Source of the DNA: an uncultured virus (IMG/VR IMGVR_UViG_3300027798_000023)
Lineage: Duplodnaviria > Heunggongvirae > Uroviricota > Caudoviricetes
Virus record (IMG/VR): IMGVR_UViG_3300027798_000023
DNA length: 64,000 bases
Reading direction: 5' to 3' (one strand)
Positions 12,001 through 18,921 of this stretch are shown piece after piece; position 1 is the first letter of the stretch, and every line of letters starts with the position of its first letter. Position numbers and translations under genes: made by a program. Under the pieces are notes generated by a model that saw only the letters and a list, made by a program, of their open reading frames with translations, was not told the DNA's origin and searched no databases.

Positions 12001-15000
12001 GAGTTCAAAAGTTTTCAAGAAAAAGCCGCCGCCATAGTTGGCGATGGAAACCTTACCAAAGCGGAAGCAGAAAAGTATGTAGGGGTAATGAGAAAAACAA
12101 ACGCCCTTTTATTTGATCTGGCTAAAGCTCCGACACTCGAAAAACTACCATCTGAAGAAAACAGAAAGAGCACATTACCTTTCGATGTTGTGCTCACCGC
12201 ATGGAACGATTTGTTTAGGAGCCGGAGTGTATATGAGCCAATCGTAGAGGCAGCTACGGGAACGTACTACAACGCAGATACCCCTGTTGACGATGTGATG
12301 AATGGTACAAACCCGCAAGTCTCTCCAGAGAGATTGTATAATACGTTCAATCAAACGCGTGAAGCGTTAAGATCCACGTTTGGTGATACAATAAAACTTT
12401 ATCGTGCCGGAGGAAAACAAAAAACTAAGACAACCAAAAACTGGGGAACTACACGAGAGTTTGTATCTCAATTCGGCAACAACATTATTGAGGAAGATAT
12501 TCTAATCGACAACATTATCGCCCTGAATGTCGGAGCTTTTGGAACTTACCATGAGATAATTGTAGGTGAGCCACCAACTAGAGGAATTAGGTTCCAACCA
12601 GCGTCTAAAATTAAATGGGATGTAAAAGGCATAGGCTCCGTTCCAAAACAAATAGACACAGACTACTTTGGCTTTGTTAGAAACATGACTCCTGAAAATT
12701 TCAGGAAACTTGTCCCAGCAGGAGTCAGTGGTGAAAACACTAAAGAGTATATTAAGGCACGAGTTGCAGCAGGTGACACCATCGCACCACCGTGGATTGA
12801 GCCTGATTGGGACGACAATAAAAAGCAATGGATTCTCGACCCAGCGTATCACGAAGGACGTAGTCGCTCAGATGCCGCCGCCGAACTAGCACCCAACAGC
12901 ATGATGCCAGTGTCTATTCTCCCTAGAGGAATGAGAGCAAGGAACATGACCGAGGAAATGCTGGTAGCACCTATCGTAAATGGTGACACGGGTGCAGAGG
13001 TTAAGTTCCAGCCATCCGACGATTACCTCTCAACAGATCCTGAAGAGATCGCTAAGTTCTTCGGTTCGTTCAGGACTCCGATGCAAATGTTAAAGGACAT
13101 GATCCCTGCTCGTAGAACCATCGAGAGTCTCGGCATCGACGCCGACACACTCATGGCTGAAGCAGAGCCTTTGGATTACAGGGCTCAAGAGAAATACATC
13201 GAAGCTGCCGTGAACCACGCTCTCGCTCGCAAAGCAGGAAATGCGACTCTTGAAGATCCTGAAGATTACACCAAGGCGTTCGAGCTTATCACCCGTGGTA
13301 GGTTTGAAGGTGTCCACATCAGACCGTTCCGTGCTAACAAGTCTGCCCAAGAGAAGCTAATTAAATATCTCGAAGCGGCTATTGATGCGATCTACGCCCG
13401 TGTCGGTGACAACGTCGCAACTCAGGTTCTCGCGAGCCGCATGAGAAATACCCTCGCCAGTGCTAAGGTTGGGTTCCACGACGACATCAACGTATCCCGT
13501 GGATATGAGCAAGGCGAGTTTATGCTTCAGCCTTCCGCTAATAACCAAGGCTTCTATTCCAAATTGGAAGAAGTCGTTAATTCCAAAATCCCTAACTCAG
13601 CTACCCCTCAGCAGATCATAAGCACGATCTCAAACCCATCCAATGGTGTTAAGACTGAAGAGATCAAATGGTCAGGCATTGGGCAAGCTGTCGAAAGCCT
13701 AGCCGTAAATGGCAAGGTGTCGAAGGACTCGCTGATTAACTACCTTCGCAATGAAGGTGATGTGACGTTTGAGGAAGTTACGTTAGGAAATAATTTATTC
13801 AACACCCCTGAAGAAGCTATTGAATACCTTGCTAAGAAAGAAGGAGTGACCACTGATTACATACGTGAGTCTTACGGCTTCATAAATGAAAGTGACTACA
13901 TAAATACAGCAGCATACGAAGCTGGAGCAAGTATTCCTAAGTATGCCCAATACCAACTTCCCGGCGGCAAGAACTACCGCGAGGTCGTGTTAGCGATGCC
14001 TGAGAAAGTGAAAGCAACAGGATTCCAAGTGTTCCGCAAAAAGACGGGGAACTGGCTGGCGACTTTCAGCACCAGAGATGCGGTAGACCGATACCTTGAA
14101 TCCATCATGGAAACGGAAGCTGATGGAAACATCGAAGTTCGTCAGGGTCTGGAACTGGCTGAAGACCGTGAGCGTTCAGTTAAATACACATCATCCCACT
14201 TCAAAGACATCCCGAACTACGTAGCCCATATGAGGCTTAACGAGCGCACGGATGCCGAAGGTAACGACGGTCTGTTCATCGAAGAGATCCAAAGCGACAG
14301 GCATCAAGAGGGACGGAAAAGCGGATACCAAACCGACATCCCGACCGATGAGCAGGTTCGTAAATTCTTCGGGTTAGCTCCTGAAGCCGACCCAGCCGAT
14401 TACAGGCAGGAGATGATGGATTCCAAGGATTACAAAAGGGGAGTAGTCGCAGACGCACCATTCCGCACCACATGGCCACTCGCTATGTTTAAACGCGCTC
14501 TGCGTGATGCAGTTGAATCCGGTAAAGATTGGATCGGATGGACTACAGGCGATACGCAGAATGATCGGTATAACCTATCTAACCATATCAAATCTCTCGA
14601 CTGGGTGACCAGTAAGAATGGTAACAGAGATGTCTTTATCGAACCTATAGGTCAAAACGGATTTACCTTTTTTGTTAAACCTGACGGAACAGTTATCAAT
14701 AGATCAGGTGAGTCCGCTGCTGGCATCGTCCCAGATGGTTCTCGCTTAGACGAGGTAATAGGGAAGGATGTCGCAGACCTTATATTGAGTAATGAATCAG
14801 GAGACTTAAAAGGTGAAGGTTTAAATATCGGCGGCTCCGGCATGAAAGGATTCTACGATACCATGCTTCCCAAAGAGATCGGCAAGTATGTCGAGAAGCT
14901 GGGAGGCGGTAAGGTTGAGAAGTCATCAATCTCCACTCCGGAATCGAGTAAACGCATCGACGACCTAACGGACGACGAGCTTTTACAAGAGCTTAAACGA

Positions 15001-18000
15001 GACAAAGATTCCGTACCCATCTGGAAAATCAACATCACGCCGGAGATGGCAACAGCGGTTGAAGCTGGACAAGTTCGATTCCAACCAACAGGTGCACCAA
15101 GACAAAATCTTCTGAATACCCCAAGCAGCAAAGCAGGTTACCTTGACTTGTATACTGACGACAATGGTGTTCGTGCAAGTGCTGACAAAGCCGAGAGTTC
15201 AAACTCATGGTTGCGCAAAGCCAATGAGATGTTCATTAAAACATTTGGTGCGCTTTCCGAGTCGGCGTCTAAATCGAAACTCAATCGAGATGCGCTATCA
15301 CGCACCACGGAGGAAACTATCGCCCGTCTGAGCAAGCGTCTGTCCGCAACTATTAGAGCTGAGGAAGTTGACACCCACCTTGTGCAGTTGGCATCCGGCA
15401 ATCCTGATCCGCTTATTTCTGAAGCGGTTGAGAAGGACATCATCCGTACGTATGAAGATGAAATAGCCAGTGCCACGGATCGTATTCAAGAGGAGTCTCT
15501 CTCCATCAAGGATCAGACCGAAGCCAAACAGTATATCAAAGACAACATGGCAATAGCTATTAGCGAAGCCGAACGCGCTCGTAAGATCCGCATTTGGAAA
15601 GAGCGCACGGAATCAGCTGATGCTCGTCGCAAACAACAGATGGACGCACTTGCTGAACTTGAGCGCACGTCTCCTGATACATACGAAGCTCTCATCGACA
15701 TGCGAGCATTCCTCAATGACTTGCAACAACGCGTGAAACGCTTGAACGTGGGTAACCCTGAGATTCAAGCGATCATTGACCAGTCGATGAGCGTCTATCT
15801 GGTTCGCTCTTACAGAGTCCACCAAGATCCTAAACAGGTCGATCTCATGCTCAACTCGCAAGATCCTGAGTATGCCGCACGTCGTGAAGCACTTATCAGT
15901 TTCTTTGACGCAAAAGCCAAGGACGACATTATGAAGGAGCTTGAGCGTGACCCTGATTTCTTGAAAGCATTCAAGGGTGAGTATGACTACAACAAGGTTA
16001 TTGCCAGCATGGAAGAGATTGCCAGTGAACGCTCTAGCGCACGCGCACTCCAGATGTTCAACGACTTTATGGTAGCCCACCAAAACGAGACTGGATTGTT
16101 CGGCGGCGGAAGCGACGTGACTAACGAGATCTCGCGCTACATGAAGAAAATGAACATGCCACAGCAGTTCCTTGACGCACTCATGGTCAACACTGACCCT
16201 GTGTTCAACATGGTAAACACTGGTATGTCGCTTGGTCGATTGATCGTGAACGCAAACATGCTTTCTGAAATCGCGGCATCCGGCATTGAGTCAGGCAGGT
16301 ATATCTCTGAAGCGGAGAAAGTATCAGGCATAGCCTACAAAGATGGGCATAACCTCTTACGTGAAACCTTTGCTTCGACAGGTAACGAAGAAGTCAAACA
16401 GGATGTCAGAGACAGACTCTTTACTCCACTGTATAGACAAGCTGAAGCGGCTTACACTCGTGGCGAGATTGCAAACAAACCATCTCGTGAAGAGATCGGT
16501 GCAAAACTCGATAAGGCTCTTAAAGAGTTTGGCGAAAGCAAAGAGTCACTGGCTGACTTACTTCCTGAGCTTGGGCTTAAAGCTGATCGACTTGCTACTG
16601 ACCTCTTCATCTCGTCAAGCAAACTGACAATGAAGATCAAGGACAAGATGATCCCGCTCAAGGGTCGTTATGCAAACTGGGTTCCGTTGGTCTCACCTAA
16701 CGAGGGTAACTCCGCGTATGCGCCACTTGGCGGGCTTTACGCATCCCCAGAACAAGCCGAAGCATTCCGTGCCACGTTCCACACTGGTAAAACAGCAGCA
16801 GAACACTTCGCACAGAAAGCACTTGGTGCAGTCAATAAGAAGCTCATTGGGGCGGCTGGTGTATCTCTTGGGGTTGCGACCCTCGGTAGCCCAGCATACT
16901 TTGTGCGTAACGTCTTCGGCGGCATGTTCTACGCTGGCATGAACGGAGTAAACTTCACTGATCCAAAACTGGTAGCAGCTGCGACTGACTTCATAAAAGC
17001 CACGATCATCAACACTGACCAAATCTCTCCTGAGTTCCAAGAGCTTATCGCGGGACGTATCGCGTTGGACGGCGCACAGATCGGATACCTCAAACAGCTC
17101 ATTGAGAGCATGGGTAAAGATCAGTCAGCGACGCTCGACAAGCTCAATGAGATTGCAGGTATTTCTGATGAGAAGCTCAACTCAGCGTTCAAGAAAGGTA
17201 AACGATACGGCAAGGCTGCACTTAACAAACTTCAAGCACTTGCTGAAGTAACCGAAGTGTATCCTGCGGTTATGGCATACCTCGACTTCAAAACCAAACT
17301 TGAAGAAGCTAACTTCGGCACAGAGCGTGAGATTCAACAAGAGGCAAGTCGCTTGACGAAACTCGTCATGCCATCCAAATCGGAAGCGTCAACCGCAGTG
17401 TCGGCGTTCACAGGCTCCGGACTTGGTGCGATGGTAGGTGCGTTCATCCGCTTCAAAGCAGAGGTGATTCGTAACACAGTTAATTCCGCTAAATTGGCGT
17501 ATCAATGGAGTAACTCCGACAACGAAGTTCTTCAAAAATACGGTCGTCGTAAGATGGCTGCGTTTGCCACTGTCGCGGGTCTCATCACAGTTGGCATGCC
17601 AATCATTGCACAACGGCTTATCCAAGGACTTGGGGACGACGAGGACGAAGCTATTCGTTCGTCTCTTCCTGACTACTTGCAGAACGCATCGTTGTATTAC
17701 TTTGTAGGCGAGGACGGCGTGCAGATATACAACATCTCATTCACCAACCCTTACTCGTTCGGACTTGACCCCATTTCACGTTCGCTCAACGCAATCATAT
17801 CCGGAGATCCAGAAGAGATTCCGAGTATCATAGCGCACTTCATAGCTGAAGATACGTTCGGTGAGAACATTGTAGCAGGGCGTGTAATTGACGCGAAGCG
17901 CAACATCAACACGTCAACTAACAGACCTATCTATTTCCAATCGGATAGCGGGGCTATGCAGGTGACTAAACAAGTTGGATACATTGGCGAAGCATACTTG

Positions 18001-18561
18001 CCACGGTTGTTCACCCAGATGAACAGATTCTACGATGCAACCAAACGTGATACCGAAGGTGCTGAGTTCTTCTACTCACCACTGGGTGTTGCTCTTGGCA
18101 CAATAGCTCCGTTTAAACCATTGGAGAAATCCTTCGACGACATCGAACGCGGATCGTTCAATGACATTCGCAGGAAGAAAAGCGAACTGTGGATGATTAC
18201 TTCACCTGTCATTTCGCCTGCTCCTCTTTCCGGAAAAGAAGCTGTCCAACTTCGCGAAAAACGTAGCGAGATGAACATGTCGATCAGCAAAGAGACCCTC
18301 AAGCGTGTTGAAGGATTTGCAAAACTTCGGGCTAACTCAGGTAAAGTTAGCGAGAAGAGCGCACTCCGCGACATTAAGAAAAGCGCGAAGTCAGCAGGTC
18401 TTTCCGAATCACGATTCAACGCACTGGTTGACCGGAAAACGGTTGAAAGGTTCGTCTTCCCTGAAGATGACATGCGTAAGATGAAGAAGATTGACCCTGA
18501 ACGCTACGCGGCGTTCAAGAAATCTGAGCGCAGTGAGCCTCGAAATATCCCGATCAAGTAA
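3091..18561 (+). CDS. giant polyvalent virion/ejection protein (5156 aa) with zincin peptidase, L,D-transpeptidase, SAM methyltransferase, ADP-ribosyltransferase-like and ParB-like domains
   Basis: 15.5-kb ORF; HELLH (9226-9240); MHR...SGC YkuD motif (10510-10608); VLDFSAGLG/VLNVV; LYRA..NWGT..HEIIV; HEGRSR; EEIQSD; helical hydrophobic N- and C-terminal regions. Confidence 0.9.
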   Translation: MQDPTLAAQSGEMNTEDQFSGNIAQQIPSITPAVEAPVEAPVEAPVEAPIEEPVEEKRNILKFSEWVSQNTGDGTSDIEKQFAADPLSKYRGYSGYVRQSLLERGEWDDEVIANVDKNIAGIAIDAKDYSPKDPNAEVTVDDVLAKPKTDELPLDSLLSYASSSEKDFAGVRTNSVAKLMALKQDPNLATAESLAAAELSVREWVTPEIIAEATQNDIRDGRKLAAVVPPPIEGGASDVKISDSLFSYVREDGSIDDENLAKAIKMNGIDPELIAPIRQKLSTPAGYKVPYAQIEKQAEFVSSLDAVSRTRGADGSFRAYDALQKIASATKNNNTAYIDSYGMNELEESLKGQKFWDESSPEQRRTFVNDYVKANDMSEFDMEKPETALKTLSTGEVVAPITLMLNDKAFDKALNSGAVPKEQQERMRNVRDAQVEANAANIIKVIAKNPQGGAEFVNYLDQQQTAGKSKSEIVKSWISRDEFSAAKTFGVGIAASLKDAVLPFVYLGTPGSGMDNFAMKEMVKSNEADANRREYAQLFNRDLGMGYDLSRLVAPVVADLAAARLTGGLSMGATSVARKTVGTVVKATMRESLEAGTKTAMQSWIKSMARSGAESIGTKLTARNTVDEVISLAGRDIVNKIGTGTGYVAMQAVGFNRSATTTYASLSTTLASEKNPDGSAKYTPEEVKEIAMNHSLISGAITAGVIGGFQLMGKPGLERLLDRGLTKPQLNRVFTRLTKDMGSLGGGVETAAAQGMLKSMVKETIIPFTKSAAVKGFVEESLEESSESILQSINTAIATGEPVKIKDIIQGAAYEGLLGGVMGGTITSIGAGMQNRRAVNVALEADIRREKLLEIAGKLDTTSPQTAKVIRNFAANQRSLFPQQADLEARLKKAKGEDKAQIQSEIDQLKTNAAQDPKQRLVTPAQEGVPTTEAAGGTVTPPSEAGMATTGTEVPPTEAGTPEGGTAAKPARAADKPTRQSLEQNFEQEFAGDPDVMGTTPEPVKHAGRARMAERILVSKGVDPAVANQIAAEISTQAGETSATEQFRERVFEVFRNEGGVFPDELTLFSEDATLYEAGGDTKSKDTAAEAVKQNAERRAEASATNATVAQKIRSAKAGVLAPTTGVAPAATSAPTAAPATQAQTPAKPSSTKPLTGYQAGFELARIAREAGVDLTQLSREQYADYAVQHGMRIDDNQLRLRPELRTQETMDESLKARKATQPQNDSDKKSDEAFAKFAANTQNLASGKGVSHNGQIATGVEVRSGTATSNSWLFWKINKGASANTQEDTHKAYVGFKNVYSSLTPSRITAFMKQLQSAGYNGDIKTIQDLATQASISDQVVMHGASKADAKLALDEAIKFFGDELSFTDSGVDSKGKSHSQIISDSIQDRINKSQTSAPAATAAPAPTAAPAPAPVAETPAKPEGRSTASMRDTIRTKLDAAESAATLPYLTPEQAQVFTDKAERLSQMLQQAEQVLQEESKVAEAKALDDKGGVNPSADPADVITIAEANDVPISNVLKVNRVTPRERAREILKDLDISNKAVETTMKISSPPPIISIIRKKKKNGGKLTNKEIKILEANQQYNAYLPKSAFGNDYNGKVARELHDMIFTRYDGGDAADVVARSVEDTMTGDELILAIMSELTNVSRGATTSVDPDSDVRNPNRTNWTDEEIAEQQALVSEKQRLRFEQSNTFDFGRDEIAVSDLKLGDTITLDGETLEVSLIDENGSVVLIGGDKFGTQVLSATDYVYSEPALEQEVDVEMEEEMPEWLKPKATPAPAPAPAPAPAPAPAPAPALAPAPALQSEIDRKNADSRELFADDGGFALTGETTVDGTKIEAERKAKAEAEAKQAAAQKTMSFDDIFFEMPADYPLTREQATLLSTAVDMPAGLLSAMRSNPSVADLVRLYLESKGLAVENTKLSSLALIAEGELRADNVLNALRGDKSIKYQPTKTTASKTLRELNSFGFAMGLTKMLKNIVARGGSDYSQVAKMLLDVKADSVEVRIVDLPNTNVAGFYDPSSKIVYVNIAKGQEGPRGAVDTVLHELLHAVTDTSLQNPNAAQAKIIKKIERVRQTVIKRAKQKGVYYDDLQYALSSNDEFLTHFFTSDKFRSVVSRLSPPSERNLLQVITDLIADLVSGRSRADRDIESLRKGLVSLIQTPRNGLVPSDTVTSLPPTPIAATNKPKAKTTVPKGVERAAKAAEEVLTSKEKQSFSKTIGETAWSDMAAQRFGEMMTDWVASGKKLSGNLAKMFQKVWEHLKKQSRNIGVIISVSTMLNVAPTVTAPQMAGELPNDGAPTMVADTSVINYDSVPTPEDMEMNPTRAAAYIDFDINADPLPVYTLEIPTTVAEAPSVQEPEAPVFVKKPDFKGMSLKDNAQKMTNWIVANNDNESLPFIVADKTDGALYLFDTEGQLTGKVDALFGRNAGDFIKTEGVSYRTPAGRFDAEKYASQDYGDTVRFHRVGNNNFLMHRIPSSSKTTSPAQRRAALASETAEDNRVTSGCLNLDPKKVPEVVEHFNNGGVVYVLPETPEGVSTFQGFADAGVRFQPSVGLRDVARFNQLISDLPIRPTQADIDSWKEANPEAYTELQNMRAETVFNTATEIPEAYVGTPRNLMGFTKEGQPNKGYETTNYSKEITIAGRFDDGRYFIDGMKGLNTPHAMQRARLNWEGADIRLVSETPATVSAAEPLNLDDNGDLVTPDKWADEMSMDIRFQPAVGAMNAIPPIPESEGGLMNPSTWESLTREGYDPSASEKTQRSSTASTYKQILDQYATKGMEVLDFSAGLGAGTEVGKRLGQDVGFNMVGYEPFSNPDKRVVTPEYEGMESLNQIPNNSKDLIINNAVLNVVPEDTGRQILKDIYSKLKPNGAAFVSVMGWNNIKTRLTNPKTKIVGPREVLTSIGTFQKGYTPQTLARLIYEELPDAEVSKTGFGDIGFKITKPSGIRFQPAAQDGRTVLTKDERAKKIAEFKSFQEKAAAIVGDGNLTKAEAEKYVGVMRKTNALLFDLAKAPTLEKLPSEENRKSTLPFDVVLTAWNDLFRSRSVYEPIVEAATGTYYNADTPVDDVMNGTNPQVSPERLYNTFNQTREALRSTFGDTIKLYRAGGKQKTKTTKNWGTTREFVSQFGNNIIEEDILIDNIIALNVGAFGTYHEIIVGEPPTRGIRFQPASKIKWDVKGIGSVPKQIDTDYFGFVRNMTPENFRKLVPAGVSGENTKEYIKARVAAGDTIAPPWIEPDWDDNKKQWILDPAYHEGRSRSDAAAELAPNSMMPVSILPRGMRARNMTEEMLVAPIVNGDTGAEVKFQPSDDYLSTDPEEIAKFFGSFRTPMQMLKDMIPARRTIESLGIDADTLMAEAEPLDYRAQEKYIEAAVNHALARKAGNATLEDPEDYTKAFELITRGRFEGVHIRPFRANKSAQEKLIKYLEAAIDAIYARVGDNVATQVLASRMRNTLASAKVGFHDDINVSRGYEQGEFMLQPSANNQGFYSKLEEVVNSKIPNSATPQQIISTISNPSNGVKTEEIKWSGIGQAVESLAVNGKVSKDSLINYLRNEGDVTFEEVTLGNNLFNTPEEAIEYLAKKEGVTTDYIRESYGFINESDYINTAAYEAGASIPKYAQYQLPGGKNYREVVLAMPEKVKATGFQVFRKKTGNWLATFSTRDAVDRYLESIMETEADGNIEVRQGLELAEDRERSVKYTSSHFKDIPNYVAHMRLNERTDAEGNDGLFIEEIQSDRHQEGRKSGYQTDIPTDEQVRKFFGLAPEADPADYRQEMMDSKDYKRGVVADAPFRTTWPLAMFKRALRDAVESGKDWIGWTTGDTQNDRYNLSNHIKSLDWVTSKNGNRDVFIEPIGQNGFTFFVKPDGTVINRSGESAAGIVPDGSRLDEVIGKDVADLILSNESGDLKGEGLNIGGSGMKGFYDTMLPKEIGKYVEKLGGGKVEKSSISTPESSKRIDDLTDDELLQELKRDKDSVPIWKINITPEMATAVEAGQVRFQPTGAPRQNLLNTPSSKAGYLDLYTDDNGVRASADKAESSNSWLRKANEMFIKTFGALSESASKSKLNRDALSRTTEETIARLSKRLSATIRAEEVDTHLVQLASGNPDPLISEAVEKDIIRTYEDEIASATDRIQEESLSIKDQTEAKQYIKDNMAIAISEAERARKIRIWKERTESADARRKQQMDALAELERTSPDTYEALIDMRAFLNDLQQRVKRLNVGNPEIQAIIDQSMSVYLVRSYRVHQDPKQVDLMLNSQDPEYAARREALISFFDAKAKDDIMKELERDPDFLKAFKGEYDYNKVIASMEEIASERSSARALQMFNDFMVAHQNETGLFGGGSDVTNEISRYMKKMNMPQQFLDALMVNTDPVFNMVNTGMSLGRLIVNANMLSEIAASGIESGRYISEAEKVSGIAYKDGHNLLRETFASTGNEEVKQDVRDRLFTPLYRQAEAAYTRGEIANKPSREEIGAKLDKALKEFGESKESLADLLPELGLKADRLATDLFISSSKLTMKIKDKMIPLKGRYANWVPLVSPNEGNSAYAPLGGLYASPEQAEAFRATFHTGKTAAEHFAQKALGAVNKKLIGAAGVSLGVATLGSPAYFVRNVFGGMFYAGMNGVNFTDPKLVAAATDFIKATIINTDQISPEFQELIAGRIALDGAQIGYLKQLIESMGKDQSATLDKLNEIAGISDEKLNSAFKKGKRYGKAALNKLQALAEVTEVYPAVMAYLDFKTKLEEANFGTEREIQQEASRLTKLVMPSKSEASTAVSAFTGSGLGAMVGAFIRFKAEVIRNTVNSAKLAYQWSNSDNEVLQKYGRRKMAAFATVAGLITVGMPIIAQRLIQGLGDDEDEAIRSSLPDYLQNASLYYFVGEDGVQIYNISFTNPYSFGLDPISRSLNAIISGDPEEIPSIIAHFIAEDTFGENIVAGRVIDAKRNINTSTNRPIYFQSDSGAMQVTKQVGYIGEAYLPRLFTQMNRFYDATKRDTEGAEFFYSPLGVALGTIAPFKPLEKSFDDIERGSFNDIRRKKSELWMITSPVISPAPLSGKEAVQLREKRSEMNMSISKETLKRVEGFAKLRANSGKVSEKSALRDIKKSAKSAGLSESRFNALVDRKTVERFVFPEDDMRKMKKIDPERYAAFKKSERSEPRNIPIK
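3190..3255 (+). repeat. coding tandem repeat (VEAP)n
   Basis: GTTGAAGC(T/A)CCT 12-bp units, about 5 copies. Confidence 0.85.
8422..8499 (+). repeat. coding hexamer repeat (CCTGCA)n = (PA)n linker
   Basis: About 13 copies with minor variants. Confidence 0.9.
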
Positions 18562-18680
18562 AAATAGTTCTTGCATAACTGCAATAATCCGTAGTAGGTT
18601 TCGTCCGAACGATGAAACCTACTACAGTAACCATTTGCCAACAAAAGACAGGTAAAGCCGATGCTCTTGCAGAAACGCTA

Positions 18681-18709
18681 TTGACACGTGCTTCGCGGCT
18701 ACTCACACT
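18681..18709 (+). promoter_or_regulatory. sigma70-like promoter for the replication operon
   Basis: TTGACA-17 bp-CACACT; ATG at 18723. Confidence 0.5.
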
Positions 18710-18722
18710 GTCTGCCCCTGAT

Positions 18723-18920
18723 ATGAACGATCCATCTGAAGAACTACGAACTCGCGCCATAGCCTACTTAGAAAAGACTGAAATCGCAGCGTCGAAACTT
18801 GCTACGATCACTGGCGTCGGATACTATAAAATTCACAGATGGTTGGGTGGGCGAGTTATCAAGCTCTCATACAACGACGCAGTAAGAATTGAGAAATACT
18901 TGTCGCAGGAGGGTGCATAA
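18723..18920 (+). CDS. small XRE/Cro-like HTH regulator
   Basis: ASKLATITGVGYYKIHRWLGG HTH; start chosen downstream of the promoter (longer start at 18612 possible). Confidence 0.75.
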   Translation: MNDPSEELRTRAIAYLEKTEIAASKLATITGVGYYKIHRWLGGRVIKLSYNDAVRIEKYLSQEGA

Positions 18921-18921
18921 T

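Noticed and set aside
3091..18561. Virion RNA polymerase (N4-like)
   Set aside because: No RNAP catalytic motifs recognised; the content matches a polyvalent effector protein.
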